This document shows positions 59,030-64,000 of a stretch of DNA of 64,000 bases, piece after piece. Location of the stretch: the NCBI GenBank assembly GCA_030616085.1, contig JAUWYA010000001.1, positions 8,692 to 72,691 on the forward strand, given 5' to 3'. The stretch comes from Candidatus Nealsonbacteria bacterium. GTDB lineage: Bacteria > Patescibacteriota > Minisyncoccia > Minisyncoccales > GWA2-38-27. Under the pieces are notes generated by a model. It saw nothing but the letters and a program-made list of their open reading frames with translations. It ran no database searches and was not told the DNA's origin. Made by a program: the position numbers and the translations under genes. The stretch's first letter is position 1; every line of letters begins with the position of its first letter.

Positions 59030-59781
59030 GCAAGAAAACTACAGCAATAATTCAAGCCAGGATAGGTTCAACAAGGTTGCCTAAAAAAGTTTTAATGAAT
59101 ATTGAAGGCAAATCCATGTTTTGGCATATTGTTAATAGATTAAAATTTTCAAAAAAACTTGATGATATTATTTTAGCAATCCCTGATTCAAAAGAAAATG
59201 ATGTTTTAGAAAAATTTGCCAAAGATAATAAAGTGAAATATTTCAGGGGAAGCGAACAAGATGTTCTTTCAAGGTATTACGAAACTGCCAAGAAATTTAA
59301 TGTTGATATAATAGTAAGGGTAACATCAGATTCTCCTTTGATTGATCCTATAATTGTTGATAAAGTGATTGAAAAACATTTAAGCTCAAAAGCAGATTTT
59401 ACAGCTAACTTTTTAGAAGGGAAAAGAGCGATTTCAATTAAGAGAAGTTTCCCGCATGGTTTAGAAACCGAGGCCTTTAATTTTTTAACTTTAGAGAAAA
59501 GCCATCAACGAGCAAAAAAAGCCTATCAAAGAGAGCATGTTGATCCTTATATTTTTGAGCATCCAGAGATATTTCGTTTAGCTGATATTGAAAACAAAGA
59601 AAATCTTTCTTATATGCGTTGGACAGTTGATGAAATAAAAGATTTGGAATTTGTTAGAGAAATTTATAAAAGATTATATAAAAAAGGAAAGATTTTTCTG
59701 ATGAAGGATGTGGTAACTCTCTTAAAACTATATCCTGAGCTTATGGAAATAAATAAAGATATAAGACAAAAAGAAATATGA
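59026..59781 (+). CDS. SpsF-like cytidylyltransferase family protein
   Basis: IIQARIGSTRLPKKV, GSEQDVLSRY, RVTSD.PLIDP, REHV, RWTVD. Confidence 0.85.
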   Translation: MSKKTTAIIQARIGSTRLPKKVLMNIEGKSMFWHIVNRLKFSKKLDDIILAIPDSKENDVLEKFAKDNKVKYFRGSEQDVLSRYYETAKKFNVDIIVRVTSDSPLIDPIIVDKVIEKHLSSKADFTANFLEGKRAISIKRSFPHGLETEAFNFLTLEKSHQRAKKAYQREHVDPYIFEHPEIFRLADIENKENLSYMRWTVDEIKDLEFVREIYKRLYKKGKIFLMKDVVTLLKLYPELMEINKDIRQKEI

Positions 59782-60833
59782 AATCAACAAATCAAATAAA
59801 AATAGCTGATAGACCAGTAGGAGAAGGGTGTCCTTGTTTTATTATTGCTGAGGCAGGAATAAATCATAATGGAGATATAAGTATTGCTAAAAAGATGATT
59901 GACTTTGCTGTAGATTGTGGGGTTGATGCTGTAAAATTCCAGACTTTTACTGCTAAAGAGTTTATTAGCAATGAAGATGAAATTTATGAATATAAAAGTC
60001 AAGGAAAGACAGTTAAGGAATCTATGCTAAAGATGTTTGAGAGAAATGAATTCGCAGAAGAAGAATGGGGAGAAATTGCTGATTATTGTAAAAGAAAAGA
60101 GGTGATATTTTTCTCCACGCCTCAAAATTTATCAGACCTTAAACTTTTGCTTAAAATAGGGGTTCCAGCAATAAAAGTGGGTTCAGATGATTTAATTAAT
60201 TTACCTCTTCTGGAGGAATATTCAAAAAAGGGCTTACCAATGATTATTTCTACTGGCATGGCTTATCTTTCAGAAATTGATGAAGCGATAAGAATAATTG
60301 AGAAGAATAACAAAGAATTGGCAGTGCTTCATTGTGTTTCATCTTATCCAGCCGAGTTCGAAGAGTTGAATCTAAGAAAAATAAATACCCTAAAGAAAGC
60401 TTTCCCCAAGTGTGTAATTGGTTTTTCTGACCATTCAAAAGGTATAATGGCTGGTATTACTGTTGTTGCCTTAGGGGCTAAGATTTTAGAAAAACACTTC
60501 ACTCTTGATAAAAATATGCCAGGATCAGACCATTGGTTTTCCGCAGATCCCAAAGAATTAGAAGATTTAATTAAAGGGGTAAGGAATATTGAGAAATCTT
60601 TAGGTAGTTCAGACATTAAACCCACTGAAAAAGAAATTGAAATGAGAGAATTATGTCATCGTTCAATAACCGTGTCCCAAGATATTAAAAAAGGAGAAAT
60701 ACTGACTAAAGAAAATATCACAATGCAAAAACCAGGAACTGGCTTAGCTCCTAAGTTTATTGATTTTGTTGTTGGAAGAAAAGCAAAGCAAGATATAAAA
60801 AAAGGGGAATTGATAACTTTAGAAAAAATATGA
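59778..60833 (+). CDS. NeuB/PseI-family nonulosonic acid synthase
   Basis: IIAEAGINHNG, AVKFQ, LHCVSSYP, GFSDH, EKHFTLD, C-terminal SAF domain. Confidence 0.92.
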   Translation: MKSTNQIKIADRPVGEGCPCFIIAEAGINHNGDISIAKKMIDFAVDCGVDAVKFQTFTAKEFISNEDEIYEYKSQGKTVKESMLKMFERNEFAEEEWGEIADYCKRKEVIFFSTPQNLSDLKLLLKIGVPAIKVGSDDLINLPLLEEYSKKGLPMIISTGMAYLSEIDEAIRIIEKNNKELAVLHCVSSYPAEFEELNLRKINTLKKAFPKCVIGFSDHSKGIMAGITVVALGAKILEKHFTLDKNMPGSDHWFSADPKELEDLIKGVRNIEKSLGSSDIKPTEKEIEMRELCHRSITVSQDIKKGEILTKENITMQKPGTGLAPKFIDFVVGRKAKQDIKKGELITLEKI

Positions 60834-61282
60834 CAAAAAAAGAATTCCAAAAAATGCTTGTTAAAACAATAGATAATCAGAACAATCCATTCCATCCCTT
60901 TGTTTTTATCCACGGCAAGCCCAAAATCGGCAAGAATGTCTATATCGGGCTTTTTTCTGAAGTTAATGCTAAAGGAGCAGAAGTTAAAATCGGTGATAAC
61001 TGCGATATAGCTTCTTTCGTTTCCATAAATGTAGCTGATTCACATAGAAAATGCCTTGGCTTAATGAGTGAAATTGAGTACAAAGATATTATTATAGAAA
61101 ATAATGTTTTTATTGGCTCCCATTGTTTTATTAAAAAAGGAACTCATATTGGACACCATTCAGTAGTTGCTGCTGGGACAATTGTTGAAGGAATAGAAAT
61201 AGCTCCCTATTCATTGATTATTGGCAATCCAATGAAAGTGAGAAAAGGTTATTATAAAAAATTTTTTAAAAAAAATGATTGA
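60830..61282 (+). CDS. Hexapeptide-repeat acyltransferase
   Basis: IGKNVYIG, IGDNCDI, IENNVFIG, IGNP. Confidence 0.85.
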   Translation: MTKKEFQKMLVKTIDNQNNPFHPFVFIHGKPKIGKNVYIGLFSEVNAKGAEVKIGDNCDIASFVSINVADSHRKCLGLMSEIEYKDIIIENNVFIGSHCFIKKGTHIGHHSVVAAGTIVEGIEIAPYSLIIGNPMKVRKGYYKKFFKKND

Positions 61283-61979
61283 AAAAAGTTTTGATAAAAA
61301 TTGGGAAGATAGTATTTACTCAAAAGGAAAGCAACTAAATTTATATCCGTATGATATATTGGTAAGTATAGTAGCAAGAAAATTCCTTAATATTCCTAAG
61401 TCAGAAAGAAATAAAATTAAAGTGTTAGATATTGGATGCGGGGGAGGAAATAATGCTAAATTTTTAGCAGAGAATAATTTTGATGTTTATGGCATCGATG
61501 GTTCAAAGTCTACTATAGAAATTTGCAAAGAGAGGTTTAAAAAGTGGAACCTAAGAGGAAGTTTTGTTTGTGGAGATTTTGTAGAACTACCATACGAGAA
61601 TAATTTCTTTGATTTAGTAGTTGATAGGGAAAGTTTATATGCCAATAAATTTGATGACATTAAAAATGCAATACAAGAAATCTACAAGAGATTAAAAAAT
61701 AACGGGCTTTTTGTCAGTTTTATTTATAGTTCTTATCATCCAGATAGAGAATTTGGGGAAATGATTGAACCAAACACTTTCAATAATTTTAAGAAAGAAA
61801 GTTGCTTTTATGAAGCGGGAACTGCTCATTTTATAGATATTAAAGAGATTTATGAATTGTATTCAAGATTTAAAATAGAAAATATTATGAGGCATTCGCT
61901 GGTTGAGACTTATAACAAATCACATAGGTTTATGGAATTTGACGAGTATATAATAATTGCTAAAAAAACAGAAAAATGA
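61275..61979 (+). CDS. Class I SAM-dependent methyltransferase
   Basis: VLDIGCGGG, GIDGS, LPY..N.FD. Confidence 0.88.
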   Translation: MIEKSFDKNWEDSIYSKGKQLNLYPYDILVSIVARKFLNIPKSERNKIKVLDIGCGGGNNAKFLAENNFDVYGIDGSKSTIEICKERFKKWNLRGSFVCGDFVELPYENNFFDLVVDRESLYANKFDDIKNAIQEIYKRLKNNGLFVSFIYSSYHPDREFGEMIEPNTFNNFKKESCFYEAGTAHFIDIKEIYELYSRFKIENIMRHSLVETYNKSHRFMEFDEYIIIAKKTEK

Positions 61980-63265
61980 TAGACATTTTGTTAGTTTATC
62001 CTATCCCCACAACAGATTCCCCGACCAGGTTTACGCCTTTGTCAATTCTTTTTCCCGGAGCAATGTTTGAGAAACAGGGATTAGAGGTAGCCTATTTTGA
62101 TGAACGATTTGACTCGGAGGAAATGCTGGTCAATTTAATAAAACATTCAAAAGAAATTGGCGTTAGCGCTTTTACCGGGTACCAGACGGGCCGTGCCGCA
62201 AGAATTCTTAAGAAAGCAAAAGAAATCAATCCAAATATTATTACTAGTGTGGGCGGGCATCACCCCCGGATATTGCCCAAGCAAGTTTTAGCAGAACCAT
62301 TTGTAGACAAGATATGGACTAATAGAGTTTATGGTGAAAACCTTTTTCCATATAATAAGCGGACCAAAATTCATTTTCAGCGTACAGATATGCAGTATCT
62401 TACTTCGTGGGGATGTCCAATGGGGTGTTCATTCTGTGGCTTAAGTTCTGACTGGGCGCCAAGAGACATCCAGAAGATTGATCGAGAATTAAAAATTATC
62501 CATAATGACGTTGGCTTTAAAGAGATATCTTTTTCTGATCCTAATATCGTCTGTGGATTTTATAGGGACGGCGATAGAATAATAACCATAGACCGTGTAA
62601 AAAGAATGAGAGAAATTGGAAAAATCCTGAGGGACATAAATGTAAGATGGGATGGTAATACTCGTGCTGATTATATAACTCCTGAGATGGTTGATGCGCT
62701 TGTTTATTCTAAATGTTATTCTTTAGAATTTGGCTGTGAATCAGGGAATGACTATTTTCTTCGAAAGGTTATTAGAAAAGGATATGGCGTTGATACTATA
62801 AAAAGAGCTGTCCAGAATATTAAAGGTTCTGGTGTCTCGGTTATGTATAGCTTTATGGCTAAGATGCCTAGAGAGACTCCAGAAATGCTTAGAGATACCT
62901 TTGACCTTATAGATTGGATTATCCAGAACGATCCGGATGCCCGGGTTTCCATTTACAACTACGCTCCATATCCAGGAACTTCTATGTATGAGGATGCTGT
63001 TGCTGGAGTAGATGGTTATCCAAAGTTTATTCCTCCAACCTCAATGGAAGAATGGGGAAAAATAAAACTTATGCACTCTCCTCTTTATTGGATTACCGGT
63101 CTTTGTTTTCGTGAAGATAATTCGCGTAGAAATTTTCCTGGAGAAAGTTGGAATCTTATTAAACCCTATATTGAGCTTGCCAAAAAGAAATGGAGGGATA
63201 GAGACATTGATGATTTTCCCTGTCAGGAAGTTGAGACCCTTATTGCTAAACAAGTAAAAGAATAA
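61976..63265 (+). CDS. B12-binding-domain radical SAM protein
   Basis: IGVSA, VGGHHP B12-domain motifs; SWGCPMGCSFC; GCESG, PYPGT. Confidence 0.85.
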   Translation: MIDILLVYPIPTTDSPTRFTPLSILFPGAMFEKQGLEVAYFDERFDSEEMLVNLIKHSKEIGVSAFTGYQTGRAARILKKAKEINPNIITSVGGHHPRILPKQVLAEPFVDKIWTNRVYGENLFPYNKRTKIHFQRTDMQYLTSWGCPMGCSFCGLSSDWAPRDIQKIDRELKIIHNDVGFKEISFSDPNIVCGFYRDGDRIITIDRVKRMREIGKILRDINVRWDGNTRADYITPEMVDALVYSKCYSLEFGCESGNDYFLRKVIRKGYGVDTIKRAVQNIKGSGVSVMYSFMAKMPRETPEMLRDTFDLIDWIIQNDPDARVSIYNYAPYPGTSMYEDAVAGVDGYPKFIPPTSMEEWGKIKLMHSPLYWITGLCFREDNSRRNFPGESWNLIKPYIELAKKKWRDRDIDDFPCQEVETLIAKQVKE

Positions 63266-63271
63266 TCCAAT

Positions 63272-64000
63272 ATGACTACAATTCTTACAGCTCATCAACC
63301 AGTATATTTACCATGGCTTGGATTGTTCCACAAGATTGCTATAAGTGACGCTTTTTGTTATTTTGATGATGTCCAATATTTAAAAAAAGATTGGAACAGT
63401 AGAAACAAAATTAAAATTCAAAATAATGAAACATGGCTGACAATACCGGTTTTAACAAAAGGTTATAGAGAAAAAACGATAAAAGAAATAGAAATAGATA
63501 ATTCTATAGATTGGCGAAGAAAACACTGGAAATCAATATATTTAAATTACAAAAAAGCCCTTTATTTTAATAGATATTCAGATTTTTTTGAAGATGTATA
63601 TAAAAAAGAATGGCATTATTTAACGGATTTGAACGAGTATATGCTAAAATGGTTTCTAAAAGAATTAGGCATTAATGTTAAATATTACAAAGCATCGGAA
63701 TTAAATTTTGAAGGATATAAATCAAATTTGGTATTAGATATGTGTAAAAAATTAGGGGCAGATTTATATATTTTTGGAGCATTAGGCAAAGATTACGTAG
63801 AAAAAGAAAAGTTTGATAGACAAGGAGTTAAAATATATTTTCAAAATTATAAACATCCTGTATATTTCCAACTCCTTGACAAATTTCTCCCTTATATGAG
63901 TATTGTTGATTTATTATTTAATTGCGGTGATAAAAGTTTAGAAATTTTAATGGAAGGTAATATCACTAAAAAAGAGTTGATTAAAAAATTTAAATTATCA
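63272..64000 (+). CDS. WbqC family protein (3' truncated by the window; not in the ORF track)
   Basis: MTTILTAHQPVYLPWLGLFHKI...DDVQY....W.SRNKI; WRRKHWKSI. Confidence 0.85.
   Translation, partial: MTTILTAHQPVYLPWLGLFHKIAISDAFCYFDDVQYLKKDWNSRNKIKIQNNETWLTIPVLTKGYREKTIKEIEIDNSIDWRRKHWKSIYLNYKKALYFNRYSDFFEDVYKKEWHYLTDLNEYMLKWFLKELGINVKYYKASELNFEGYKSNLVLDMCKKLGADLYIFGALGKDYVEKEKFDRQGVKIYFQNYKHPVYFQLLDKFLPYMSIVDLLFNCGDKSLEILMEGNITKKELIKKFKLS

Overview
AT-rich bacterial chromosome segment. The gene content (DUF5667/DUF5652-type proteins, many single-TM or secreted orphans, few Shine-Dalgarno motifs) suggests Patescibacteria/CPR (inference). It carries lspA-lgt followed by a GAxC-lipoprotein cluster, two toxin-antitoxin pairs, a MacAB-like ABC exporter split by an atypical tRNA and an orphan DGR-target-like gene, a cassette-like array delimited by att-like repeats (21.2-25.6 kb), a RAYT-type HUH transposase with its own 21-bp palindrome family, large surface proteins, an ECF sigma locus, two O-antigen-ligase/TPR paralogues, a cobalamin-riboswitch-controlled putative B12 capture operon and a nonulosonic-acid glycan locus. 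The most striking signal is a family of about 18 miniature elements with CCCCGT(T)AG...CT(A)ACGGGG termini; 13 have perfect 4-bp target duplications. They sit in start codons, -35 boxes and in frame inside genes without breaking them. One 278-bp member (52477-52754) contains only an 86-aa GIY-YIG nuclease gene, making it a candidate new minimal mobile element with non-autonomous derivatives. All family assignments are from motif recognition by eye; no searches were run.
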